From NCBI GenBank assembly GCA_000934665.2, contig JYFJ02002401.1, positions 1-64,000 of the forward strand: a stretch of 64,000 nucleotides of DNA, given 5' to 3'. This DNA is from Catajapyx aquilonaris. Lineage: Eukaryota. A model generated the notes under the pieces. That model was not told where the DNA came from, made no database searches, and was given only the letters and a program-made list of their open reading frames with translations. Below are positions 36,601 through 47,950 of this stretch, in pieces; position 1 is the stretch's first letter, and each line of letters opens with the position of its first letter. The position numbers and the translations under genes are program-made.

Positions 36601-39600
36601 AAGCAGGTAGCAGGTAGCAGTGTACCGGAATAGGGAGTGACTGGGGGCTGATTTGAACTGTATGCACTGTGAAAAAATGCTCCCTCTGCACATACACCAT
36701 CTGTTGTGCGCCCAAGTCGTCTCTTGCTCTCGCAGTGAAAGCATCTCTTGCTTTATGCTAGTAGCATTTTAGTGCTTTTATCGCTTTATTTTTGGTGGGT
36801 TTGGTTATAACTTATACTGTCTAATTCTAATGGAAGGTGACTCCCCTTCCAAACAGTAACCGGTAAGGATGCACTTTAGCCCCCCCCAAAATATTGCAGG
36901 TTTCTATATATTTCCTGAAGCTCCTCGACCAGATGAGTCAAATGACACTATTCATATGGTGGAGAAACGTTTCGTTCAAGAGTAATTGAATTATGAAATT
37001 GCAAGTAATCCACCTTCCTCCTTCCACCTTCCACCTTCCTCTCCACCAGCCACACGAGTCATCACCACTCCTCATTTGTACAGTAATATATTATTGCAAT
37101 GTTCATGTTATTATGCAGTATTTACGTGTTTTATTTATTGTTTTCGTGTTTTAATTTATTATATTGGGCATTTAATCGTGTTATGTTTACCTTAAATTAT
37201 GTGTATTTGCTGTTTAAGTTTATCGAAATGGGTATTTTTTCGGGTCTGGGAATGGATGAATTCACTTTCCATTACTTCTTATGGGAAAAATTTATTCAGG
37301 CTTCGAACAACCTCCTGGAATGAATTAAGTTCGAAGTACGAGGCACTACTGTATAACATGCTACGTTTTTAATGCACCAATAAACAGTATTTCTATTATT
37401 ATCGTTGATGTGGTTGAGAAAGATGTACAATTGCCAGTGTTATTACAAATATAGGCAGGATTTGTGTGGACCATGAAACAAGAAACAGATGTAGATGCGT
37501 AAAATGCAGTACATCTGATAACTTAAATGCTTATAATTAATTGTACCAGACTGAGGGATTAAGTTGCGTAACTCATGAAGTATTTGGCATCTCTCCCTAT
37601 TCATCTTGTTTTTGCCTTCACATCCATGTTATGAACAGTACATTCCCCAATTTGAGTCTATCCTCTTCATCTTTTCATCTTCATCTTCATCAACCTGGAG
37701 AGTACATTAATGAGTCAATACTGTGTTTGCCCCTACAGGGGTATGTAGCTCGTGGGAGTGTAGGCTACCCGTGATCAGGTCTTGACTAAGGTCTGGGGAC
37801 GGAAGTCTGTGGTTTTACTGTAGCTGTGGGGACCAGTTCCAATTGTGGGGACATTTGTCGGTCCCCACAGTCTCACACACGCGAAGTGTACCATTACAGT
37901 GGGGACATGTGTAAATTAGTGGGGACATGTCCCCACTATTTTCATTTGTAGGTTTTCACAAAAGTCCATTTTTCTCAGCCTAGGTTACTTAGGGTAGGGT
38001 AGGGTAGGTAGGATAGGTTAGGTAAGGTTAGGTTAGGTTAGATCAGTTCACACTCGCAGTGAAAAGTGATCAATGTCCGTCCCCACGCCTTAGTCAAGAC
38101 GAGAGTCTGTGTACTTAGGGTCTTACAGCAATTAAAGTATATCTGAGGATTTGGCCACTTTTTTATTAGCCAGGGATCAAGGGAAGCCATGATTGCTTAA
38201 TGGCACCTGATATTGGTTCAGTTTCCATTAGGAGACATTGAAAAGATTGGAGCTGCTAAATTGTGTTCTTAGTTACGAGCACAGTTTTTTAGGCCATGGA
38301 TTCATGGACCTCCTCCTTGTTATCCGTTGGCTACCCGGTCTTTTGGGAGAAAGTCATGAAGGAGAGTTCATTACATTTAATACAGGGGTTCCAATTTTAA
38401 AAGCCTATTAAGTTGAAAACTTGTGGACATATATTAATGATTTAAGTTTTGAAATGCTAAGAAATGTTTAAAGTTTTGGTCTCCCGTAAGTTTGTTTCGA
38501 TATGAACTTCATTTGTACGTAGCTCTAAAAATTGAAATATGTTAATCGGTGTCGTGCCTAACCCAATCTGACATGTCTGAAGTCACCATTGTGATCATAT
38601 CCCATAGGTGCTAGTGATGCCGAATCTTTTCACCGTATATGTATCTCCACAAAAAAAGTCAATCAGGGTAAGATCTGGGCTTTTAGAGGGACTAGGCATG
38701 GAGAAACTTCTCATACGACACTTTGCACACTGGTGGGCTGAACAAATGAAACTTTCCTATGGCAGGTTTGTTTCATGGATGAGGTGACTTTTTATGTGCA
38801 TCTTCAAGAACAATGTGTGTGGTGTAAATTCCCTTCACCTCCAGCACCTATGGAATAGGATCACAATGGTAACTCCAGACATGATTGAGTGGGTTTGGCT
38901 CGAGACCAAATACAGTATTTTTTATTTGCCAAGCAGCAAATGAAATTCATATCGAAACAAACTAAGGTGAGACCAAAACTTGAGACATTTCTCAGCATTT
39001 CAAAACTTAAATCATTTAGATATGTCTGCAAGTTTCCGAGTTATAGGGTTTTAAAATTGGGACATTCTTTTTTGATGACTCTGTATTATTGAAATCAGCT
39101 TATTGATATGGTGTTGGAATTTATATTAGATACTGGCAATGTGATTACCTTTGGTCCTATACAAATATGAAGGGTGTTTTTATTATAGCATGTTGGAATT
39201 CATGATATAAAATTACTTGCACCATTATCATAATGGGATTTTCACTTAAGTCATGAGACCCTGGGAAGCTAAATGCATTTTTGCTGACATATTTATCATT
39301 GCTCTAATGTTTTCTGAAACCTTTTTTATGTGCAGAATAACCTGGGTGCATTTTATTTTCACATCGACATGAAACCACTACCCAGGAGTGGCATTGGAGA
39401 AAATATAACAGAAGGATGTGAGTGGAAAGTGAGCACTTTGAAGTCTTGCACCACACCCATTAAAAAATAACAGATGGGATCTGGTGTGCCAAAACCATGA
39501 TACTCATAGGTGTGTTGAAATAAATTCATTTTGGTGGCAAGAATATATTGTGAAAACCAAAAATCCCATTGAGGTTGTGTTGCAAGTTATGTGGATATTG

Positions 39601-40038
39601 CATACGTCTTGTTATTAAGGAAAAAATACTGTACAGGTACTGAACAGAGCATATAATGTACTCCAGTTCTGAAGATTTTTGCTAGGAAATTTTTTAAATG
39701 TAAGATGGTTGTTAAATGGCAACATGCTGCTGCCAATTGCCCAGGTTTATAAATTTGTAACCTCATTGTGCTTTTAAAATTTCCAGATACCTCCTCCATT
39801 CAAGCCTCAGGTGACAACTGATACTGATACGAGGTACTTTGACTCAGAGTTCACAGGGGAGTCGGTAGAATTGACACCCCCAGAACAGGCAGGGCCCTTG
39901 AACAGCATCAGTGAGGAGATGGAGCAGCCTTACTTCCCTCAGTTTTCCTATCAGGACTTGTCCAGTTCTACTCTAGGAAGCTCGGCAGCAATGAGCAGTT
40001 CCTTTGCCCGCAGCAACACCAGTCTGCAATCCCAGTGA
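27695..40038 (+). CDS. Akt: RAC serine/threonine-protein kinase Akt/PKB, 522 aa
   Basis: Coding exons 27695-27755, 29494-29728, 29801-29999, 30066-30263, 30331-30522, 32812-33243 and 39787-40038 are all GT-AG, phase-compatible and total 1569 nt. PH domain [20 protein letters not shown]; kinase motifs [27 protein letters not shown]; turn motif ELTPP; hydrophobic motif FPQFSY. Confidence 0.98.
28643..28880. mobile_element. piggyBac-like MITE
   Basis: TTAA|CCCTGGAACCGTGC...GCACGGTTCCAGGG|TTAA with subterminal GGGGTC/GACCCC repeats. Confidence 0.9.
30573..30833. mobile_element. MITE with ~40-bp TIRs
   Basis: ATAATTGAAGGGGTCGGTGCAATACTGCCCTAACCC / GGGTTAGGGCGGTATTGCACCGACCCCTTCAATTAT. Confidence 0.85.
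30922..31364. mobile_element. Tc1/mariner-type MITE with ~85-bp TIRs
   Basis: TA|CAGGGTCAAGGGAAACTCG..CGCCAGGTAGACTGATAGTACTTGCAAAACTAATATAGGG and its inverse ending CCCTG|TA. Confidence 0.9.
31406..32226 (+). mobile_element. Non-autonomous TTAA-targeting DNA transposon (Kolobok-like termini)
   Basis: TTAA|GGTGGAAATGAAGC ... GCTTCATTTCCACC|TTAA. The termini are RR..YY rather than the piggyBac CCY. A second partial copy lies at 3572. Confidence 0.8.
33446..33868. mobile_element. Tc1/mariner-type MITE
   Basis: TA|CAGGGTGAAGAAATTTATC..ATGATAGTGGGGTTCTAGGCAATC / GATTGCCTAGAACCCCACTATCAT..GATAAATTTCTTCACTCTG. Confidence 0.85.
36138..37351. mobile_element. Tigger/pogo-like non-autonomous element with an internal palindrome (~36245-36650)
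   Basis: TA|CAATGGAACCTTGTACTTCGAAC ... GTTCGAAGTACGAGGCACTACTG|TA with TTCGAA subterminal repeats. A solo inverted end fragment lies at 34456-34506. Confidence 0.75.
37779..38100. mobile_element. MITE with internal (TAGGT/TAGGG)n and TGGGGAC repeats
   Basis: GTCTTGACTAAGGTCTGGGGACGGA / TCCGTCCCCACGCCTTAGTCAAGAC. Confidence 0.75.
38383..39083. mobile_element. Foldback of two inverted Tc1/mariner 3' ends
   Basis: Inverted arms of >=130 bp; the minus strand at ~38640-38685 reads [10 protein letters not shown](L)W, a decayed SPDL..DFFLWG transposase motif. Confidence 0.75.
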
Positions 40039-41583
40039 GTTCCAATCTCGTCCATCCCTGTCATCCCGTTCGTCACGTCCCAAACATCAACTGCTTATAC
40101 AAGACTGATTTTTTGTTCTTGTTTAGTTTATGCATCACATGTTGGACTGATGATTTCTGCTCATTTATTTTGGTGTTAGTCTGTACTTTATCTATTTTGT
40201 TGAGAGTGCTGAAAGGTGACTGATTTTACTTCACGTAATTCACATAGGCAGACATCGCATTTGGAGAAGTGTTGTATTTTTTCTTCATTATATATTGACT
40301 CTGTTTTAATCGCGTGCTCATGGAAAGGCATAGAATAGTGCCAAATTTAATTTAAAATTGTCCCGGTCTTAAATCCCAGTTATGACGTTTTCCAAAAATT
40401 TTGGATCAAGCAGTAACATATTCCAGTGTGTTTTCGGATGTGATTTATTGACAAACATTTAGTGATAGAGTGTGACGAATCTTTAAAAAGAAAACGTATA
40501 AGTGATTTGTGTGTTGAAACTGCTCTAATCATGTGAACTATTCCAATGAACATCCCTAAACCAAACTTGTACAGGGACAAAGCCTAATGTTGACCATGAG
40601 GTAAAGGAATATAATTTATTTCTAATCACACAGTTGAACCCAGTGATACATTATAACTGTGTCTAATACTGACAGGATTTAATTAATCATAATACAGCCA
40701 ACTGCTGAAAAGTTTCATAGTTTATATTTGCAATTTTATTTTGTTTTTGTCAAGTTCACATTGTGGGCACTTAATTAGCTTAAGCTGAAATTTTTTATAA
40801 CCATTGCTCGGACGATAGCCAAAAGTGCTTCCAGATACCAAAGCATGAGTTGTGAATAATTTCACTTCCAGTGATTAGTCATTGAGTGGCGATCAGGTAG
40901 TGAAGTAGATAGAGAAGCAATGCCGACTGCAATTTTTGAGGCGTCTCCCAGGCAAATTGCGTAGATGTTAATTTTGAGTGCAGGATGTGTTTTTATGTAA
41001 CCAGTGCCTGCAGTCAGTCACTTGGGAAGGTAAAGAAGGAATGAGAATAACCTGGGAATGTTATGCAAAATCAGTAGGTTTTGCAGTGAAGGTTTCTCTT
41101 GTGGGCCCAGTGCTTCATTTTTATCAACAAGTGTGCAGATGTGAAGTACATGTGAAAACCTCCTTGATCAATCTGGAGAGATAGTGGGCCACCTTATCCT
41201 TGTGACAACTTGTAAATAGGGTGTAAAATTGTAATTTTGAAGAATCTTGTACAAAGGAAAGGTTCAAAACACGAGCTGGTTTTGACAAGCTATATTTTTA
41301 CAAATATAAAAAAAAGTAAGTGCAGGCCTCTGATGCTTGTGTGGTTTTTGTGTTTCTATAGAAAATCATGCCTGGTAATGTAGAGCAATGTGTAAATCAT
41401 GTGGATGAGAAGATGTGTTGAAGTTAGCAGTTTACATAGTGTGGTGTGTACATAATGAAAAGAAGTCAAAAATCATTGAGTATTTGTGCAAAAGTGTTAA
41501 ATTAATGTGAAGTGGGTGCTTGATGACAATTATAACTACATCCATTTGCGTTGATGTCAATGTCTGCCTTTAATTGCCCTTCT

Positions 41584-41589
41584 AATAAA
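41584..41589 (+). terminator. Candidate Akt poly(A) signal (3' UTR ~1.55 kb)
   Basis: AATAAA following an AT/GT-rich, TE-free stretch downstream of the stop codon. Confidence 0.4.
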
Positions 41590-42138
41590 CTCAGATTACA
41601 CTGGAGCAAATAGAATCATGGCATAGTACATAATGGGGTCTTCTATTACAGTTTCCAATTTGTTCTTCCTTTTGGTGCATAATGTATGCTGAGGGGGAAA
41701 GGATCAAAAGGGGCATTTCAACCACTGTTTCACAGATGTCTTTTAATTCATTGATAAACCAAAGCAATGACTCTGCATGACTGCATCTCATATGAAAACT
41801 TACGAGGTTCATTGTGGTTGTATCTATCAATTTAGAATGGTGTTTTATTGGGAAGAGGTAGTGATCGGCAATTTCGCGCGATTCTCTTACATGTGCTGCA
41901 TTTTGTCATGGGGGCTGCAAAATATTGGCAGAGAGACTGTCTCAGAAAATGGTTGTGTGCGCCCTGTTGACCCTTGACTCCTGATATTACATGTTTCTTT
42001 TATGACTCATGCGTTTTCTGTGCATATAGTATGAGCCATACCTAGATTTTGGGACAAAATTGTTTTGATTCCTTGTGCGATTAAAATTGTTGCTGTGATA
42101 CTTTTGTTCCAAGTTACTTGATTTTTTCATCAAGCAAT

Positions 42139-42402
42139 ATATCGCATCCCGGCAATAACAGGGGCACAAGTCCAACAATGACGATTTTGACTTATTACTA
42201 GAGCAGGGTCCATGACCGTGTGCACATTCAGAATGCATATTCTGATTTAAAAAAATTAATAATTAATAATTCTGATTATTCGAATGCTGCATCAATACCT
42301 GATTTATAACAACACTATACCAACACTATACAACTTTCAAAGTGCTCTCCTGTGAAATTGACTTTTTGGACTTGTGCCCCTGTTATTGCCGGGGTGCGAT
42401 AT
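42139..42402. mobile_element. MITE
   Basis: ATATCGCATCCCGGCAATAACAGGGGCACAAGTCCAA / TTGGACTTGTGCCCCTGTTATTGCCGGGGTGCGATAT. Confidence 0.85.
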
Positions 42403-42425
42403 GAACCTTTTTTATTTCAGAAGAA

Positions 42426-43311
42426 GGGCAATTCCACGAAAGAGCGGACATGGGGTGCGGTTCTTACATCTTGATGCAGTTGGAATCTGAGTGACTAAAA
42501 CCGATAGCATGTGGACCATGGTTTCCTTAGACATGTTAGTTTGTGACAGTATCATTCCCAACAACACTGTATTATTCCCAGAGTATCTAAGCGTGCGCTC
42601 TGTGATATCCGTTCGGTTAATGCGCATTGCCAGCTGGTTATTTGCTGTAGCGATATGTGAAAGGAAGAGAGACAGACGTTTTCATATAATTCAAGGGCAC
42701 AAAATGCAACATCGACCTGTGCAATCACTTTGCTGTATTCATGAATGTGTGACCTTCCACAGCCACACCAAAAGGTATCCAAAGGGCAAAAACTGACCTA
42801 GTTCCTATTTCAGTGCAGCAGAGCCATTATAAGATTATGAATTCACAGACATTCCAATCTCCAAAAATTTATGCTACTCCCAGTAAATTGCTGTAGGTTG
42901 TACGTAACGATGCCGGGTGGTATGTCACGGGTGGATATCTCAAATGTTTTCGCGTTCAAAATGAGAATTCTCCCAATCTAATGGCATGATGAGGTTCCTC
43001 GCACCCTACTGCCCCACATGCACTTGAGCTTCGAAACCTGTGCTGTCAAATTTCGCGGAGTTTCCCCCTAGTTGCATATACCCCAGAAACTGGTGTCCAA
43101 TGATGGATGGTACGTAACGAGATTTCAGACAATCGCACACGCGTGGATGGCCATCGAATGAAATTTCCATGATGTCCCTCACCTTCACATTTCTGCGCTG
43201 CATCTGATTTTCATAGCAGTTAATCTATTACGGCAAGTACCTAGCCGCGGTGGACTCCTAAACACCTCAATACAGCTTCCGATTGTCTGTACGTAACGCG
43301 TGGAATTGCCC
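42426..43311. mobile_element. Non-autonomous DNA transposon with 4-bp TSD (Sola2-like)
   Basis: AGAA|GGGCAATTCCACG ... CGTGGAATTGCCC|AGAA with internal GTACGTAACG repeats. The superfamily is inferred from the GRG terminus and 4-bp TSD. Confidence 0.65.
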
Positions 43312-45219
43312 AGAAGCAATAGCTTATAGCTCTATTTATTCCCATTCTTGAAGTGGATGTTTCTGTGTGATCCAATGAGAATATATTAGAGCATAGCCAT
43401 ACTATATTTACTGATGCTCATCATATGCAGGGTTTTTACCTCATTTTCAATAACTTCATTTTGGAAGAAGTTTGACTTGCACCCTTTTCATTTTCACCGA
43501 TGTGTGTCAAGAAAATAATGCAGAATGACAGTGAAAGACAAACATGGTCTTAAATTTTAAAACTGATAACATTGATTTAAGATATTTTTTCTGCGGGATA
43601 GTCAAACATGATCTTTATATACAAGGTGTTTCTCACAATTTGTCGGACAAACTTTGGGTGAATTCCTGAGAACCAATGGATCACTTCATGTAGAGATGTC
43701 ATTTGGTCTCTGCAGCTAGTTACCAAGATAATGGGCTACTTACCATTGTAGCATAGCATATCCTGGAAGGCAAGGGGTTCACCTGAAAAGTTCTACAAAA
43801 AAAAAGCTACACAGATGTCCCAGGGCTGGCCCTAATACTTGCCCTTGTCTTAGGATCTGACGATCAACATGAGCAGCTCCCACGGCCTCCTTACTAATCC
43901 CCCTTCAAAGAAGTTCCACCATACTGATTAGTTGATCCAAAGGACAAGGACCAGGAGTCCAGGACAAGTACTATGATTGGCCCAAGGAAGGATGTGTGTA
44001 GACTTCTTTAGCATATGACTGTGAAGGGTGACATATTGTCCTGCCATCCTACTGAAAAGGCCAGGAAAAGGCACATCACTACCTTGCAATAAGGTCATTC
44101 TTTCCATAAACTTGTCTGGCCTTATTGCACTTATTGCAATGCACAGTGCTTGGAGTTCGGGTGTGGATTTCCGTATGCTGGTTCTTCTCGCTGGCCTGTG
44201 GGTGTTCTGGTCGTTTGGAGGAGAATATTATGGTCACTTGGAGGAATTTAACAGCTACTGATTCCTCTTGCAGGGGGGGGGGGTTATATGNGGGTGGTTT
44301 ATAGGGTGTTTTTTACCATTTTTAATTTAGTTCATATTTAGGGTTAGCTTGTGGTTCCCGTCATCGCTGACTACCCCTTTATAGGGAAATGTCGTGATGG
44401 TGTTGTTGTTGTTGTTGTTGCAATGCACAGTTGTGTCTTTTTTCTGTAGAACAGCAGTGTAGTGGGGGGATGGAAATACCACAAAGCAAGTTTCATGGGG
44501 AGGGGAGGAGCAGGGAGGTATTTTTTTTTTACAGATGTAGTTGGAGCAAGATGCCTATGAAGACACCTTACCAGGCAGGTGGGTATCTTAATATTAGGGT
44601 GTTTTCAGGGGTACAATAAGGCATCTTTTTATCACAGGTAGTTTCCTTTGTTGAAGATGGAAGCATATTGGTGTTCAATTAACTTTGATTTTCTCAGATT
44701 GCAGTAGAAAGAAATTCCTATTCTTTTCATGCTCATAACATTCCCTTGTCACACCTAAGAACGCAAGATGCAATATTACAGTCTCTCCCTTTTCTTGCAC
44801 AACATATTTTCTTCTAAGCCGTGCAAAGTGCAAATGACCAAAATGGACATGCATGAGCCTAGGATCATTAATTTAGGTTTAAGTGGCCAAAAGTAATTCC
44901 ATCGAGGGTGAGACTGTTGAAATGTGTGATTCAAAACTCCTGCATGTAAAGATATATGCTGAACATCTGCCTCACTAGTTAACCTACCAAATTCCAATTT
45001 AACATAATTATATTTTAGTTGTTAAATGATGGCTAGGTAAATATGACTCAATTGCTGTAGTATGTGTGTGACTGCAGAATATTATATGATCTTATTATTT
45101 TGGGACTTATTCTTATATGTTTTGGTTATTTAAGTTGTAAAACAACAACGACCATGATGATGATGATGATGATAGAAATCCACCTAAAAGAGAACCAATT
45201 GACCTTTGAAATTGTTATA

Positions 45220-45372
45220 CAGGGTGGTGGGCAAAGTGCGCGCTTTCTCTAGGATTTAGGCTTATTGCGAATTTCGAAAACCAAAATCGCCAAAATCAAC
45301 AGGGATAATTTCGTCAGAGAAGCCCAAGAAGCCCAAATCCGAGAGGAAATGAGAATATTTCCCACCATCCTG
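45220..45372. mobile_element. Small Tc1/mariner-type MITE
   Basis: TA|CAGGGTGGTGGG ... CCCACCATCCTG|TA. Confidence 0.7.
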
Positions 45373-46093
45373 TATACCAGCTGTTCTGTTTCATCATGCT
45401 GATTACCCCCCATTTAGGGAAATGAGATGTGCATGTCATGCATGCCAGAATTGTACAGTATGTACGCACATATATAACGCATACAGTACGCGTATGTACC
45501 AGTCTCGGTCATAAAGAATGGGACGACTCTATGGGCGAAATGTTTATCCTGATTATCCAGCATTAATCCCAACCTTAATTCGACAAAACCCTATGAACAA
45601 CCTTTTCTGGACCTCTGGTGACTCGTATGACCCATCCAGATTTTTAAATAAAATTGTTAATTACCAAAATGTTCAACCAGGTGCACGTAAGTGGCACTGT
45701 AATGCTGACGAACTACAGTAATAATATTTTGCATCTGTTATTACAATCTTATCGAAGGTCCTGATGATTGCAATATTTTTCTCGCATCCAAACAGGTAGC
45801 AGAACTGATGCAAGGATTGATATGCATGAGTGGATGTGCATGTCATTACTGTATCAGGTATAGCAGGGTAGCCAGCCAGCTGGAAGTATTTTCCAGTTGC
45901 GTTAGGCCAACTTGATTGAGCTGTGTCGAATGAAGAGATTCCACACAGCCACCAATCCAGGAAATTAGGATGGGGGGACAATAACTCAAAGCTGAATTGA
46001 TGAGATTTATCAGTCGCTTCAGGGACGAGTGTGTTCAACTTTCAGTCCGGAATGCATACAGTTTGGAATATTTTCCTATTTCCAACCATAATA

Positions 46094-46257
46094 CAGTCCG
46101 TTAAAGCGAAAGAACGATCTGACGTCACGTTCAGCCCCGCCTCCACCCGGATCTTCCCTCCTATCATGTCTCCGAATCGCTCTGCAAGCACACTACTGCT
46201 CATGCTCAGAAAACATGGCTGGTGTGACGTCAGATCGTTCTTTCGCTTAAAGAACTG
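46094..46257. mobile_element. MITE with TGACGTCA in both TIRs
   Basis: TA|CAGTCCGTTAAAGCGAAAGAACGATCTGACGTCAC / GTGACGTCAGATCGTTCTTTCGCTTAAAGAACTG|TA. Confidence 0.85.
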
Positions 46258-46979
46258 TAGAACTTGTAAAGGATAACTTGATAAAACCGCTTGTAATTTC
46301 AGATACTTTATACGATACCTTGCCTTAATGCACGTTGATTACATTTTGCTTCAATTTGTTTTCTCTAATGACAAATACTTTGATGTCAGTTGCATGCTGT
46401 AGCTTATAATTTCCCCTTTCGTGCCAGATTGCCTCTACAATTAGTTTCTATGACTGCGTGGTTTCCTCTCGTCTCGTTTAAGAAAAATACCTTGATATTA
46501 GTGCAGCGTTTCTCAAAAGTCAGGGTTGCAAGACAAAAGTTTGGTCATGATCGCAAACTTGTCGAAAATTTATAATTAACGTTCTCACGGTTTCTATAAG
46601 CGTACAGTTTTAACAAGAAATCGGCACGTTATTTCAGACCTACCGCACATTATAGGCCATATAACTGGGTATACGCATTGTTAATTCCATCTATGACCGC
46701 AGATCACCCTTCTCCCTGCCTCCCCATAATGCATTTGTCACACTTTATATGATGTTGAGAGGGGTAAGGGAGGGGAGAGACGCGCGGATCTGAAATGCCA
46801 TCTCAAAATAAAATTTTGGTCATAGTCTTTATATGCACTTTGGTCCAAAACGCAATATTTTTATTTTCAAAACTAAAATGTTTGCTGAAATTTTTGGCGG
46901 CTTACACGCGAGAGTAGGTACAAAACTTGGTCCAACTTTTACAGGTGAATAAACTTTAGTTGTCGTAAAAGAATACTTT

Positions 46980-47034
46980 ATTTATTTATTTATTTATTAC
47001 GATACCCCTTTCGAGGGCAGTGCTCTTTTTGGGA
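46980..47034 (-). mobile_element. Extremely 5'-truncated retroposon insertion (55 bp)
   Basis: (TAAA)n tail on the minus strand; perfect 18-bp TSD gtcgtaaaagaatacttt (46962-46979, 47035-47052). Confidence 0.85.
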
Positions 47035-47094
47035 GTCGTAAAAGAATACTTTGATTCACATGAGAAATGATTTCAACGAAATGTATTTTTTTCT

Positions 47095-47212
47095 ATTAGT
47101 TTCGGCCACTTTATCCTGGTCTTGAAGCAACCCTTCACACACACACCTCCTCGCCGTGGGGCCTGTGCGAAGGGTTGTTTCAAGACCAGCCGCAACTAAT
47201 TGAGACCGATAG
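47095..47212. mobile_element. Hairpin MITE family A, copy 3 (partial)
   Basis: GGCCACTTTATCCTGGTCTTGAAGCAACCCTTCAC...AACTAATTGAGACCGATAG|TA. Confidence 0.8.
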
Positions 47213-47449
47213 TACCTGCTCTAAATAATGTTCGTACAAGCACGCAATATCGTCACCACTTTACATTGACAACTTCTCATGAACGGCATTGTTGACGAAA
47301 AGGCGCGTGCCAGTACAAATATTAAAGCCAAATATTGAAGTTCCACCGCACCGGATTGTCCACCACTGCTAATTTCACCACTTCCATTTTTTACAAAAAT
47401 CCGGTCCAGTCGCGACAATTTTGACAACAAATCCGTAATGATGCAGCAA

Positions 47450-47950
47450 GTTCAATACGTGGACATGCGTGCTCCCCGAGTACAGTATTCTCGACCACTT
47501 TTGCCAGTGCTACTGCGGTAAGAGTCTGATAAGCAGAGACTAGCATGGCAGATGGCCATCGAACCAATGCGTTTGACAGTCAGTAAGCGATGCCAGCAGG
47601 GTCCGACCGTTAGCAATAGAGTGAGTGGAAAGCATGTATCGACGGGTAGGAAATAATGGGAAGGCCGGAAGTGAGTGGTGATCGTTATAAGGGCGGATTG
47701 TGTGGTGTCACCTGGTGAGAGTGCTCTGGAACTAGTAGACGTCGGCAGCGTCGCCGCCGTCGTGGCCTGCATCGCCAGGCCTGAAGCCACTTACTCAGCG
47801 GACCTGCACGCACGAGTCTACGCTCCGCATATTTCCCTCTCGCATTTTTTTTGACCTCACAGGTGGGCACCAGCATACCCTGTCTACAAACCAGTGTCGA
47901 ACCACAACAGGGCTCGGAAGTGCCCAAACAAGGTCACACCTAGTCAATAA
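47450..47950 (+). promoter_or_regulatory. CpG-rich putative promoter / first exon of the gene at 54969
   Basis: CpG-dense, with CCAAT (47564), CCGGAAGT (ETS-like) and GGGCGG motifs. The exact exon was not resolved. Confidence 0.4.

Noticed and set aside
34456..37351. A single 2.9-kb Tigger element
   Set aside because: The 34456 match covers only ~50 bp of the right-end type; the element is better bounded by 36138-37351, and there is no transposase ORF.
37981..38041. Interstitial TTAGG telomeric repeat
   Set aside because: Short, degenerate and internal to a TIR-bounded MITE.
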